Below are positions 36,971-48,005 of a stretch of DNA of 64,000 nt, piece by piece. The stretch is from Albugo candida (Eukaryota). The position numbers and the translations under genes are program-made. How positions within the stretch are numbered: position 1 is the stretch's first letter; every line of letters begins with the position of its first letter. The notes under the pieces were generated by a model. The model did no database searches. It worked only from the letters and a program-made list of their open reading frames with translations, and was not told the origin of the DNA. Where the stretch lies: NCBI GenBank assembly GCA_040437565.1, contig JBDOQK010000009.1, forward strand, positions 1 through 64,000, read 5' to 3'.

Positions 36971-38104
36971 ATGAGACGAATTTTCAGTCTCTGCGCACTA
37001 TTTATACATTTGGTGTCGGGGAACTCGTGTCAAAACACTTTGTACGGTCATTGTGGCAATAGCTCACAGGCCCGAGAGCTGAATTGCTGTACGACGGGCT
37101 ACTGCCAGCCGTGGAATGCTCAGTACTATCAATGCATCCACAAACCGCCTGAATGCTCACTCCAGTACACAGACATGGACTTTGTGGGGAATGATATGAT
37201 GACTGTGCGGGGTATCCAGCCAGGCGAATGCTGCGCCCAATGTGCCACCACAGAGGCCTGTGTGGCGTACACCTTTATCAATGACAATTCTGACGGTCAA
37301 GCAGCCTGCTATTTAAAGTCGGGAATCTCACCCGGCACCGAGAAGCGTGGTGCTATTTCCGGCCTCGTGGACGCACCAACATGCTCGATAGTGACGGGTT
37401 CGAGCTGTGGAAATGCTCAGCGATACACATGTTGCAAGGATTCCGCGTCTTATTGTCAGCCTTGGGATGCTGGATACTATCAGTGTCTCCAGCGGCCGGC
37501 ACAATGTCACAGCCAAGAAGTCAACATCGACTTTTACGGGAACGATTTAACGACTTTGTATGGAATTTATCCATGGGAATGTTGCCAAAAATGCTTTGAA
37601 ATGCGTCAGTGTGCAGTGTATACTTTTTTGAATGAGAACAGCGATGGAAAATCAGCGTGTTACCTCAAATCATCGGATGCTGGAAGACGAGCGCAAATAG
37701 GAGCGGTTTCGGCCGCTGTCAATCGACGGAATACGACTTGTGAGAATGCAGTGTACGATCCATGCGGCAACGAGAAAGTTGGAGCTGGTTGTTGTCCCTT
37801 ATCCGAATCGTACTGCCAGCCGTGGAACAAGGAGTACTATCAGTGTATTCCACGACCCAATGTTGAAATGTGCCCCAAAGTCGAGACGGGAGTCGAGCTT
37901 CTTGGCGAGAATGTGGGCACGCGATATTCCTTATCGCCGAGTGGCTGCTGTGATGTTTGTTTGGAGCAAAAAAACTGCACAGCGTATACGTTTGTGAATG
38001 AGAATCCGGACGGACGATCCGTGTGTCATCTCAAAGCTTCCGATAAAGAAAAGCGGAGTCGTAGTGGCGCTGTGTCTGGAACCGCTCACAGACGACAAAA
38101 GTGA
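36971..38104 (+). CDS. CBEL: CBEL-like secreted cellulose-binding elicitor lectin with 3 CBM1-like/PAN-Apple units
   Basis: Signal peptide MRRIFSLCALFIHLVSG, then three units of CG...CC...YCQPW..YYQC followed by D/E..G..CC..C...C..YTF...CxLK. Confidence 0.9.
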   Translation: MRRIFSLCALFIHLVSGNSCQNTLYGHCGNSSQARELNCCTTGYCQPWNAQYYQCIHKPPECSLQYTDMDFVGNDMMTVRGIQPGECCAQCATTEACVAYTFINDNSDGQAACYLKSGISPGTEKRGAISGLVDAPTCSIVTGSSCGNAQRYTCCKDSASYCQPWDAGYYQCLQRPAQCHSQEVNIDFYGNDLTTLYGIYPWECCQKCFEMRQCAVYTFLNENSDGKSACYLKSSDAGRRAQIGAVSAAVNRRNTTCENAVYDPCGNEKVGAGCCPLSESYCQPWNKEYYQCIPRPNVEMCPKVETGVELLGENVGTRYSLSPSGCCDVCLEQKNCTAYTFVNENPDGRSVCHLKASDKEKRSRSGAVSGTAHRRQK

Positions 38105-39210
38105 GAGCGGAGGCGTGAGAGTATGTCGTTTTTGTAATTTTGTTGCGATTTGAATGTATGACCAAAGGATTGCGTTCTATTCTGACGGTATCGCGTCATC
38201 TATCCGCATGTTCTTTAGCCCATTCCGAAGAGGAGAAAGTGAGAATGACAAGCAAACTCGCTCCATACTCAGCAGCGCATTTCTTGTTCCATCGTACGAG
38301 TGCGTGTAACAATGAGATGAAATGAGGCAGACTGAAGAAACGGTATATTTGAATCGAGTTAATACTTCCGCCGCTTAGTCCGTTGACTCATCGTGTGTTC
38401 GACGGATCCGCGCCAAAGTGGATCGAACCGTTGCAGCCGATGGTGTGCTGAGCATTTCACATGTTGTAAGCAATTTGCAGATTGTTTGACTGAATGAGAC
38501 TTACTTGAGGACGTACGCTCCTCCTGCCATTGTCTTGTGACACGCTTTGCAATTCCAAATTCCAGTGACTGTACGTTTTACGCTATCTTTGCCGCAAAAT
38601 GGACAGTTGTATTTGGAATGTTGTGAGATTTCGATCTTCTTTACAACTTTACGAAGCGATGAACCGTAACGTGTACCGTATTTACCGCAAATTCCGACTT
38701 TCTTAGTACGTCTTCCCTATTGTTGCACACATACAATCNNNNNNNNNNNNNNNNNNNNNNNNNNNNNNNNNNNNNNNNNNNNNNNNNNNNNNNNNNNNNN
38801 NNNNNNNNNNNNNNNNNNNNNNNNNNNNNNNNNNNNNNAGAGTTTGTGTTGTGAGGAATAAAGCTCTCTTCATCCGAATTTGATGTTGGCAACGTATTCG
38901 ACTCTATTCGATGGAGTGACGTGGGTCTCCATTGTCTTAAAGAATCCGTTCGACAAAGAGCTCAGGATACCGAATGAAACCGCGAGCCTTTCGAGCTGTC
39001 TCATACACATCAGTTACGTGCATTTGTGGCTCGAGCGCCTGCCGTTTGCCAATATCGAGTCAGTGATATAAATGTGAGGTCAACGACTCCGTTTTTATGA
39101 AATGACCGAAATATCCCAAAAATTACGATCGAAACTGTGTCCATTGCGTTTATCGATCAAATGCGAGTCGTATTCCCAATTTGTCTTTTGAGAGCGCACG
39201 ATACAAAAAT

Positions 39211-40344
39211 ATGAGACGAATTTTCAGTCTCTGCGCACTATTTATACATTTGGTGTCGGGGAACTCGTGTCAAAACACTTTGTACGGTCATTGTGGCAAT
39301 AGCTCACAGGCCCGAGAGCTGAATTGCTGTACGACGGGCTACTGCCAGCCGTGGAATGCTCAGTACTATCAATGCATCCACAAACCGCCTGAATGCTCAC
39401 TCCAGTACACAGACATGGACTTTGTGGGGAATGATATGATGACTGTGCGGGGTATCCAGCCAGGCGAATGCTGCGCCCAATGTGCCACCACAGAGGCCTG
39501 TGTGGCGTACACCTTTATCAATGACAATTCTGACGGTCAAGCAGCCTGCTATTTAAAGTCGGGAATCTCACCCGGCACCGAGAAGCGTGGTGCTATTTCC
39601 GGCCTCGTGGACGCACCAACATGCTCGATAGTGACGGGTTCGAGCTGTGGAAATGCTCAGCGATACACATGTTGCAAGGATTCCGCGTCTTATTGTCAGC
39701 CTTGGGATGCTGGATACTATCAGTGTCTCCAGCGGCCGGCACAATGTCACAGCCAAGAAGTCAACATCGACTTTTACGGGAACGATTTAACGACTTTGTA
39801 TGGAATTTATCCATGGGAATGTTGCCAAAAATGCTTTGAAATGCGTCAGTGTGCAGTGTATACTTTTTTGAATGAGAACAGCGATGGAAAATCAGCGTGT
39901 TACCTCAAATCATCGGATGCTGGAAGACGAGCGCAAATAGGAGCGGTTTCGGCCGCTGTCAATCGACGGAATACGACTTGTGAGAATGCAGTGTACGATC
40001 CATGCGGCAACGAGAAAGTTGGAGCTGGTTGTTGTCCCTTATCCGAATCGTACTGCCAGCCGTGGAACAAGGAGTACTATCAGTGTATTCCACGACCCAA
40101 TGTTGAAATGTGCCCCAAAGTCGAGACGGGAGTCGAGCTTCTTGGCGAGAATGTGGGCACGCGATATTCCTTATCGCCGAGTGGCTGCTGTGATGTTTGT
40201 TTGGAGCAAAAAAACTGCACAGCGTATACGTTTGTGAATGAGAATCCGGACGGACGATCCGTGTGTCATCTCAAAGCTTCCGATAAAGAAAAGCGGAGTC
40301 GTAGTGGCGCTGTGTCTGGAACCGCTCACAGACGACAAAAGTGA
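39211..40344 (+). CDS. CBEL: Second identical CBEL copy, probably an assembly artefact (36599-38738 = 38839-40978)
   Basis: A 2140-bp apparently identical repeat, including intergenic DNA, directly flanks the 100-N gap. Confidence 0.45.
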   Translation: MRRIFSLCALFIHLVSGNSCQNTLYGHCGNSSQARELNCCTTGYCQPWNAQYYQCIHKPPECSLQYTDMDFVGNDMMTVRGIQPGECCAQCATTEACVAYTFINDNSDGQAACYLKSGISPGTEKRGAISGLVDAPTCSIVTGSSCGNAQRYTCCKDSASYCQPWDAGYYQCLQRPAQCHSQEVNIDFYGNDLTTLYGIYPWECCQKCFEMRQCAVYTFLNENSDGKSACYLKSSDAGRRAQIGAVSAAVNRRNTTCENAVYDPCGNEKVGAGCCPLSESYCQPWNKEYYQCIPRPNVEMCPKVETGVELLGENVGTRYSLSPSGCCDVCLEQKNCTAYTFVNENPDGRSVCHLKASDKEKRSRSGAVSGTAHRRQK

Positions 40345-41085
40345 GAGCGGAGGCGTGAGAGTATGTCGTTTTTGTAATTTTGTTGCGATTTGAATGTATG
40401 ACCAAAGGATTGCGTTCTATTCTGACGGTATCGCGTCATCTATCCGCATGTTCTTTAGCCCATTCCGAAGAGGAGAAAGTGAGAATGACAAGCAAACTCG
40501 CTCCATACTCAGCAGCGCATTTCTTGTTCCATCGTACGAGTGCGTGTAACAATGAGATGAAATGAGGCAGACTGAAGAAACGGTATATTTGAATCGAGTT
40601 AATACTTCCGCCGCTTAGTCCGTTGACTCATCGTGTGTTCGACGGATCCGCGCCAAAGTGGATCGAACCGTTGCAGCCGATGGTGTGCTGAGCATTTCAC
40701 ATGTTGTAAGCAATTTGCAGATTGTTTGACTGAATGAGACTTACTTGAGGACGTACGCTCCTCCTGCCATTGTCTTGTGACACGCTTTGCAATTCCAAAT
40801 TCCAGTGACTGTACGTTTTACGCTATCTTTGCCGCAAAATGGACAGTTGTATTTGGAATGTTGTGAGATTTCGATCTTCTTTACAACTTTACGAAGCGAT
40901 GAACCGTAACGTGTACCGTATTTACCGCAAATTCCGACTTTCTTAGTACGTCTTCCCTATTGTTGCACACATACAATCAGCTCAATGTGCGTTAGCGATG
41001 CAAACGGAAGGAAGAGATACCATTTTGCTCACTAAAACTCAATTCGAATGAATGGCTGTCGAAAGTACCAAACGAGAATTCTTAT

Positions 41086-41116
41086 CCAATCAGATTTGAC
41101 GTCGGATTCGACCAAT
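41086..41116 (+). promoter_or_regulatory. Paired CCAAT boxes around a TGACGTC element
   Basis: CCAATC at 41086 and 41112 with TGACGTC between, about 290 bp upstream of the ATG at 41400. Confidence 0.3.
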
Positions 41117-41399
41117 CAAAAGTAACAAGGGCTTTATTACAGCATACACTGTGTACGTTTATGATATTAAAGAATGCTTTTATAGTCTAAGGTCCCATAT
41201 ATAGCCTGATGAAACTTAATATACTTGCCGTGGCATCTCTACCAATTCGTCGATTACAAGGCATCGATGCTTTGCCTTTCGATGTTGGGTCACAATTCGG
41301 GTCACAAATACTCCGAAAAGGCGATTGACTGTTGTTAACTAAATAAAAAACGTCGCGTTTGCATTGGACACTGTCTCACGTGCACTGGGACGCGATCGC

Positions 41400-42935
41400 A
41401 TGAGCACTGAGAAGCGGAATAACGGTGCAAAAATTCCGGCAAAAAGTGAATTAAAGCAAACGGATGGAGAATACACTCAGATGCAATATGCACTGTACGG
41501 ACGCAAAGTATTACAATCGTTTCGTGAAGCCAAAGGGTCTGAATGGCGTCTTGTTCTTGCAAATCAACCCTTTGTGCGAGTTTATGATCATTGCGATGCG
41601 CATAGTTCGACTTTTGCAGTTCGAGTGCAATGCTGCGTCCAAACTCCACTGCATACTGTGTATGAATTGATGGCAAGGTACAGTAAGAGCGTACGACTAT
41701 GGGAAACGATTGTTCCGGCGACATTTTGCGCCCATTGGCAGCGACATAATGAAGCAAATAATACATCTCTTCAGGTACCAAAAGTCGAAAAGGGGAAGGT
41801 GACGTGTCACATTGATGGTAAAGAAGACGTTGAATTGGTACGAGAAAATGTGATTGTTTTACGGTCCACAACTCTCCACGCACCACCGCACCGTGGTACT
41901 GGAAAGGTATCGACGTACTGTCACCATCTTGGTACGGACCAAATTGCATCTGCAAGTGTACTTTTGTATACAAATGAAAGTATTGTCACAACGTTGAATA
42001 AGGAACGTTCACAGGATCAACCGAAACGCGTACCATGTGTGTACCATTTGATGCGTTCCATCTCATCACGTACCAGTGCGCAATCTTCAATAATTGCAAA
42101 AACAACCAGTAATGTCTACGAAATTACGTATATGGTCAAGGAGACGTCGAAGGCAAATGTGCTCCGATTGGAATTGACACTTTCTACCCAAAACCCAACT
42201 CTCCCATCGACCCAACGGGCTGCATGGATGCAACAGATGTACCAGGATGCCATTGCATTGAGCTGCATCCAGCCTTTCCTCAACATATTACATAAAATCG
42301 ATAATGTGCCCTTCAGTCCTCATGCACCCAGGTGCTCCCAAGACGCCACTGAGTCAACTGATTCAAATCAGCGTACAAACTCCATGGAGAAGAAACAGGT
42401 CACATTTTTATCAACTCAGACTACCGACACTCAAAGCCTATCGTCCCGAGAAATCTCTTCCGTCTGCCAGTCCGAAGCTTCCATGTTTTTGGCTCGGAGT
42501 AAAGGGTCCAACTTGAATGCGTCCTCTCAACCAATTGAGTGCCAGGAATGCAAATGTTCAAGCTCAACACATTCAAATGGAAGCTGCCAAACAGAAGATT
42601 GTGCTTGTAGAGACACCGATCAAGGCAAACAGCTGTTTCAAGTGCAAGATGATATTTCCTGTAGCACATCCACCACGTCGAGAACTTTAGACGAGACGCC
42701 CAATTTGGAAGACAAGATGAGCGCTTGTTCGGTGCATGGCGACAACCAGTCAGAGAACAGTCTCAACCGAGCTCACGACTCGGACGATTCGGAAAGTGCA
42801 CTTTGGGCTCGAGCAGCTATTTTACATTTGGAAAGCGGACGTCTCTCACAAGAAGACATGCAAAGTATACGTGAAAGTACTCGTCAAAAACCACGTGTTG
42901 TCTTATATCAAGTCGAGAAAACAAATACAGAGTGA
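41400..42935 (+). CDS. Hypothetical protein, possibly START-like N-terminal domain with Ser/Thr-rich tail
   Basis: Long open frame (over 500 aa). EWRLVLANQPFVRVY...VRVQCCVQTPLHTVYELM resembles the start of START-like folds. Confidence 0.6.
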   Translation: MSTEKRNNGAKIPAKSELKQTDGEYTQMQYALYGRKVLQSFREAKGSEWRLVLANQPFVRVYDHCDAHSSTFAVRVQCCVQTPLHTVYELMARYSKSVRLWETIVPATFCAHWQRHNEANNTSLQVPKVEKGKVTCHIDGKEDVELVRENVIVLRSTTLHAPPHRGTGKVSTYCHHLGTDQIASASVLLYTNESIVTTLNKERSQDQPKRVPCVYHLMRSISSRTSAQSSIIAKTTSNVYEITYMVKETSKANVLRLELTLSTQNPTLPSTQRAAWMQQMYQDAIALSCIQPFLNILHKIDNVPFSPHAPRCSQDATESTDSNQRTNSMEKKQVTFLSTQTTDTQSLSSREISSVCQSEASMFLARSKGSNLNASSQPIECQECKCSSSTHSNGSCQTEDCACRDTDQGKQLFQVQDDISCSTSTTSRTLDETPNLEDKMSACSVHGDNQSENSLNRAHDSDDSESALWARAAILHLESGRLSQEDMQSIRESTRQKPRVVLYQVEKTNTE

Positions 42936-43317
42936 ATGATTGTCAGCAATCCAAGAGAGTGTTCGAGTCGAGTCTACTTGATCCGATGCGTGCTTCACGT
43001 AGCAAAGTCTGCGCCCACGACGGAGAAAGAGAAAGTTAAGCACAATCGCTACGTATCAGCGTGCACCAAGAAAAATCGCAATTGTGCTTGAAATATTGCG
43101 ATTCGATCTCATTGACCATCACACAATGCTCATACTTCATTCTCGACACAAAGCACAATTGGAAATAGTGTATGAATTTGCGTGTTGAATAGATTTCTGC
43201 GTGGGACTCCACTAATTATTTGCTCGACCCACGCGATATAAATGAATTCGCCAGTTACGAATGATGCAAAGGCGGTTATAAATACTGACAGATCGACCGC
43301 CGTGTCAATCAATCGCC

Positions 43318-44301
43318 ATGGAATGGACATTGACCACAGATAGAGACAAATCACTACATGCAGACATGGTACAGATTACCGGAAACGGCGATGGAGGTGT
43401 CATGGAACCGTACGAACAACAAAAATCGACCTTTGCTTCTCGCGAGGTATCTATCACATCCGTAAAAACACCCAAAAAGAAGTGCGAACGGAGAAGAAGC
43501 AAACGATCCGATTGTACCGTCTCCATAAAAGCCGCGAAATCCACAAATGTGCACCTATCAGAGCGCCAAATAACATCCGAAATGCAGATGCAATGGCTGC
43601 AAAATTCTCCTCGATTTCGACCGACACAGCATCGCTGTAAAGGATCGAGCGACTCTGTGCAAAGTAGACCTCCTTCTCGGCAAAAACATGCATTCCCAGT
43701 TCATCTCGATGAAGCTTGGTCGAGTACGCAAGAGATTTACACAGAATATGGAGATGAATTCGAGCGTCCACCCTCCCGAGGGGTAGAAGGACTTTGGAGT
43801 AGTTTGGATGCACCACTTCCATCCGATCGCAAATGTCATACATCTCAATCGAAAAGTGAAAGAAATCTCACTACCACTTGTTCAAATTTGTGCATCGATG
43901 ATGAGGTCTGCAATTTGGGTAACGAGCTCGAGTCAACTTTTGCCAACAACTGTGAGCAGTCAAATCGAATAAAAGCGCAAAAACGAGCGATCCGCACGGC
44001 GAAAGATACCGACAGATGGACACAAGCATCAACAAGGATTCCAAATGACTTGGATCGTTGTTATAAAAAGAACTTTGATGAGACTTTTCCGACTGAATGG
44101 GCCGTAACGAGGAACACTTTCGTCTCCAATCCGATTCCGAATAATAACAATACTCAAGGATTTCGATCTGATTTCGAACGCACACGAAATCCAAACAACA
44201 GAGTCACAAAACAGCCGAACTGCAAGCCGAAGAACTATGCGTCTCGAAAGCTTAAAACCTCTCTGAGTGATGATTTCTTGAGTTTGTTTGCGCCCAGTTG
44301 A
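43318..44301 (+). CDS. Hypothetical, largely disordered protein
   Basis: 327-aa ORF in a gene-dense block. RPPSR occurs twice. C-terminal helix KTSLSDDFLSLF. Confidence 0.7.
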   Translation: MEWTLTTDRDKSLHADMVQITGNGDGGVMEPYEQQKSTFASREVSITSVKTPKKKCERRRSKRSDCTVSIKAAKSTNVHLSERQITSEMQMQWLQNSPRFRPTQHRCKGSSDSVQSRPPSRQKHAFPVHLDEAWSSTQEIYTEYGDEFERPPSRGVEGLWSSLDAPLPSDRKCHTSQSKSERNLTTTCSNLCIDDEVCNLGNELESTFANNCEQSNRIKAQKRAIRTAKDTDRWTQASTRIPNDLDRCYKKNFDETFPTEWAVTRNTFVSNPIPNNNNTQGFRSDFERTRNPNNRVTKQPNCKPKNYASRKLKTSLSDDFLSLFAPS

Positions 44302-44348
44302 TGAGTCTACACGAATAGTCTCATGACAGAAGGACATGGTGCATTGAA

Positions 44349-45581
44349 TCAGATTTTCTGTAAAAACTCCCACGTCCAATCACTTATTCGTTTTTGCTCC
44401 AGCAAGAAAGCATCATGTCCATGTTTCGAATTGAGAATTTTGAGCGTGGCATTCGGAAGGCCCCGGGCAAGCTCTTGTTGCTCAACGACGGGGTACAACA
44501 CATCAGTATCGACTCCAATCACAAGCGCAGGTTGTTTGATGGAATTAAGAGCCTGATCAACTCCTCCACGATCTCTTCCTACGTCATGGGAATCCATCAT
44601 GTGTGACAGAGTCATGTACGAATTCACATCAAAACGTGACAGAAATTTTTCGCCCTGGTAATGTAAATACGATTGAACCAAGAAAGGAACAGAGTCATTC
44701 GATATCTCTTTGACTGAATGTCGACACATTCTGTGATCACCGGAATGCTTTTCACGTCCATACTTTGCAATGTAAGCTTGATGCGTTCGATACGAGACCA
44801 TAGCGATTTGCCTCGCTAGAGAGAACCCTTGCCTTGGAGGCGAGTCTGGATCGAAATACCCATTGCAAAAGAGTGGGTCCATTCGAATCGCTTGTCGCTG
44901 TAATTCATTAAACGCAATCTGCCACGCGCTGTGTTGTGATGGGCACGCAATGGGTACAATACTTTGAATGTTCATATGCGGCTCTTCCTGAGCCAATAAC
45001 GCCCATTCTAACGTCTGCATACCGCCAAGTGACCCGCCAATAACAGCCTTAATACTTTGTATCCCCATAGACTCCAAAAGTCTTTTTTGCGCCTTTACTG
45101 CGTCTTGAATTGTGACAAATGGAAATGTTGGACCGAAAGGCTTCTTTGTATTTGGATCGATGGAACATGGGCCAGTGGTACCGTAACAAGATCCCAAGAT
45201 GTTTGTACATATGATAAAGTATCGGTCCGTCCAAGCCCGAGACACAAATGCGTCCCAGTATTGGTGCACCAGAGGGTGTCCCGTTAACGCATGACACAGT
45301 ACCACGACATTGTCCCTTTTCGGTGACAATCGCCCGTACGTAGCGTATTTGATGTTTACATTTGAGAGGATAGTCCCGCTTTGGAGCTGTAATGATGGCA
45401 GTCGGAAGGCGGCTTCTTTGACGGAATGTTGACTTGTTTTTGTATCACTGTATTCGTCCTCCATTAGATTATCAGCACTTGCTGTGGTAGACGAAGCATA
45501 TTGCCGTATTGCATGCAAGAGATTGAATCGAGTTACGGCACAGAAGCGTGCGATACCATTACGTCTTTGATTTATGGCCAT
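44349..45581 (-). CDS. MET2: Homoserine O-acetyltransferase (MetX/MET2 family)
   Basis: YATYGRL...CHALTG, NILGSCYGTTGP, GGSLGGMQ nucleophile elbow, ARQIAMVSYR, DVLYP and GHDAFLLE. Confidence 0.93.
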   Translation of the reverse strand: MAINQRRNGIARFCAVTRFNLLHAIRQYASSTTASADNLMEDEYSDTKTSQHSVKEAAFRLPSLQLQSGTILSNVNIKYATYGRLSPKRDNVVVLCHALTGHPLVHQYWDAFVSRAWTDRYFIICTNILGSCYGTTGPCSIDPNTKKPFGPTFPFVTIQDAVKAQKRLLESMGIQSIKAVIGGSLGGMQTLEWALLAQEEPHMNIQSIVPIACPSQHSAWQIAFNELQRQAIRMDPLFCNGYFDPDSPPRQGFSLARQIAMVSYRTHQAYIAKYGREKHSGDHRMCRHSVKEISNDSVPFLVQSYLHYQGEKFLSRFDVNSYMTLSHMMDSHDVGRDRGGVDQALNSIKQPALVIGVDTDVLYPVVEQQELARGLPNATLKILNSKHGHDAFLLEQKRISDWTWEFLQKI

Positions 45582-45701
45582 TCACTTCGGTGAAGGGATC
45601 TGCTCCCTTACGTATTGATGACCTTTGTCTAATCATAAATAACGTAAATACATCATTTATTAGATCGACAACTTTCCCTTCGAATCGAACAAGATCTCAG
45701 C

Positions 45702-46466
45702 ATGAAAGTACTCGTTCCGATCAAACGCGTCGTTGATTACGCCGTTAAAATTCGAGTCGCTGCAAATGGCGTCGATCTAAAAAATGTCAAAATGAGCATG
45801 AATCCGTTTTGTGAAATAGCGGTCGAAGAAGCAATTCGCTTGAAAGAAAAGAAACAAGTGTCCGAAGTGATCGCGGTCTCGATCGGTCCAAAACAAGCGC
45901 AGGAGACTATTCGTACAGCACTAGCTATGGGTGCGGACCGCGGTATTCATGTTGAAACTGACTTGAGGACGGATCAAGAGTTACAACCACTGGCTGTGGC
46001 CAAAATCCTGAAAGCTCTGGTGGATAAAGAGGAACCAAAACTGGTCATATGTGGAAAACAGTCAATTGATTCAGATGCCGCACAAACAGGACCACTTCTT
46101 GCTGGTTTATTAGATTGGAGTCAAGCGACGTTTGCTTCAAAAGTGGAATTTAACGAGGAGCTGAAGGATCATTTTCTTGTGACGCGAGAAACCGATGCTG
46201 GCGTTCAAGTTCTGAAGCTATCGCTTCCTTCGGTTGTGACGACAGACTTGAGACTCAACGAACCTCGTTATGCTACATTACCAAACATCATGAAGGCTAA
46301 GAAAAAGAAGATCGAAGCTATTGCTGCCGATACGTTGAACGTTGATCTCACTCCACGCATCAAAGTCTTACAAGTGGAAGAACCAGCTACTCGAAAAGCG
46401 GGCATCAAATTGGGATCAATCGATGAATTGATAGATAAGCTCAAGAACGAAGTCGGTGTACTTTGA
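45702..46466 (+). CDS. ETFB: Electron transfer flavoprotein beta subunit
   Basis: [43 protein letters not shown] and [21 protein letters not shown]. Confidence 0.98.
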   Translation: MKVLVPIKRVVDYAVKIRVAANGVDLKNVKMSMNPFCEIAVEEAIRLKEKKQVSEVIAVSIGPKQAQETIRTALAMGADRGIHVETDLRTDQELQPLAVAKILKALVDKEEPKLVICGKQSIDSDAAQTGPLLAGLLDWSQATFASKVEFNEELKDHFLVTRETDAGVQVLKLSLPSVVTTDLRLNEPRYATLPNIMKAKKKKIEAIAADTLNVDLTPRIKVLQVEEPATRKAGIKLGSIDELIDKLKNEVGVL

Positions 46467-46539
46467 GTTATAGGCAGAGTGTGTGTCTCACGAAATATCG
46501 AAAGTGCGCAATACATTACATCGTACAAAAGCTTTCTGT

Positions 46540-46973
46540 CTATTCGACGCCGTACTTTTGCCGTAATCCTTCTATTTCCTGTTTTTGCTTTTCCAATTGA
46601 CCGCCTCCGCCTCCTTTTCGCTGCTGCATCTTATGTGGCTGATAATATAACACAATCAAATAACGACCACACACATTGAAACCGGAGAGATGATCCACAG
46701 CGTTTTTTGCATCGTAGATATCTTCATAGATCACAAATGCAGTACCACGTGTCTCATTATTCACACCCAATCTGATCTGTCGAATTGCGCCATACTTACC
46801 AAAGATATCGTACATTTCTTCCGATGAGATTTTGAACGGAAGATTGCGTACATACAATACTCTATTGACCTCAGGAGGAAGGCGTGCCTACGAATGAATA
46901 GAAAATGAGACTTAACGGCTGATCAAAAGACTTGGAGGTTCATTACATTGCCGCGTCGTCCGACAGCTGCCAT
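46540..46973 (-). CDS. SF3B6: Spliceosomal branch-site protein p14, exons 46973-46947 and 46887-46540
   Basis: [48 protein letters not shown]...DHLSGFNV with a 59-bp GT-AG intron. Confidence 0.96.
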
Positions 46974-47029
46974 CGCAGTAAGAATAGCTCAAATGAATAG
47001 CTTGGATATCGGTATGCGTCAGTATTTGA

Positions 47030-47839
47030 ATGGGTACACGTGCTCGGTACTATGCGGTCACTGTAGGACGCCAAATCGGAATTTACACGACGTGGGCCAC
47101 CGCAGAGCAACAGATCAAAGGAGTGTCCAATGCCAAATTCAAAAAGTTTGCAAGTGAACAAGACGCACAAGCTTTTATTTCTTCTCATACACAAAAACAA
47201 CAAGAAACCATCAGTCCAATCTCGCGGCGGACTTCTTCCTGTAACAAGCGAACTTTATCGGAAGCCAATATTGAAAATCACGAAAAACTCTCAGCCAGCA
47301 ATGAATCATACATTGTGTTCTGTGATGGTAGTGCTCTTAATAATGGAAAAGCGGGATGCAAAGCAGGGTATGCTTGCATCTTTCCGGATCATCCCGACTG
47401 GAAAATAGCGGGTCCATTAGAAGAAATAGGCGAGGATGGAAGAGCGATTGCACCCACCAACAATCGAGCTGAATATGTCGCGGCCTTGAAAGCCTTGCAG
47501 CATGTCAATGAAGTTGACCCACTTCAACAAAAGACTTTGTTTATTTATTCGGATAGTATGCTTCTTATTCGGTCAATGACAGAGTGGGTTACACGATGGA
47601 AGGAATCCAACTGGAGGAAGAAAACGAAAACGAATTCTGTATATGACATGGTCAAAAATCACGACTTGCTTAAATCCTTACTGGAGGCACAAGGTGGCCG
47701 TAAAATCATCTGGAAGCATGTCCGAGCGCATACGGGAAAAACAGATTGGGAATCCACTTGGAATCAGCTTGCGGATGATACAGCAAGGGAAGCAGCAAGC
47801 GAATACGTGGAGGGTACACCTGCTCTCAATCGACGATAA
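47030..47839 (+). CDS. RNH1: Ribonuclease H1 with N-terminal hybrid-binding domain
   Basis: YYAV..GR..GIY..W...FKKF hybrid-binding domain, and catalytic FCDGS, TNNRAE, YSDS, HVRAH and NQLAD. Confidence 0.95.
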   Translation: MGTRARYYAVTVGRQIGIYTTWATAEQQIKGVSNAKFKKFASEQDAQAFISSHTQKQQETISPISRRTSSCNKRTLSEANIENHEKLSASNESYIVFCDGSALNNGKAGCKAGYACIFPDHPDWKIAGPLEEIGEDGRAIAPTNNRAEYVAALKALQHVNEVDPLQQKTLFIYSDSMLLIRSMTEWVTRWKESNWRKKTKTNSVYDMVKNHDLLKSLLEAQGGRKIIWKHVRAHTGKTDWESTWNQLADDTAREAASEYVEGTPALNRR

Positions 47840-47950
47840 TACTTGCAGCTGTTGGTTCTACGTGCTATAGAAACTTCATTATAGTGTACTGCCAGGTGGA
47901 CTATCCAGGTAAACGGATAGTTCACCGGTAGTCGAATCAAAAGGGAATCC

Positions 47951-47968
47951 GTCATTCTTATAATTTCT
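47951..47968 (+). promoter_or_regulatory. Oomycete INR/FPR-like core promoter
   Basis: GTCATTCTTATAATTTCT about 40-55 bp before the ATG at 48006. Confidence 0.55.
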
Positions 47969-48005
47969 TCTTTCCGACAAGAACGCTACCTAAAAGAAAA
48001 ACGTC

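Noticed and set aside
38839-40978. Real tandem duplication of CBEL
   Set aside because: It appears base-identical, including intergenic DNA, and sits exactly across a 100-N gap. The same pattern occurs at the 19119, 24382, 24821, 27458, 54706 and 57773 gaps. It is most likely an unmerged contig overlap, and read depth would decide.
47030-47839. Retroelement-derived RNase H
   Set aside because: It has the cellular hybrid-binding N-domain, no adjacent RT, and sits among housekeeping genes.
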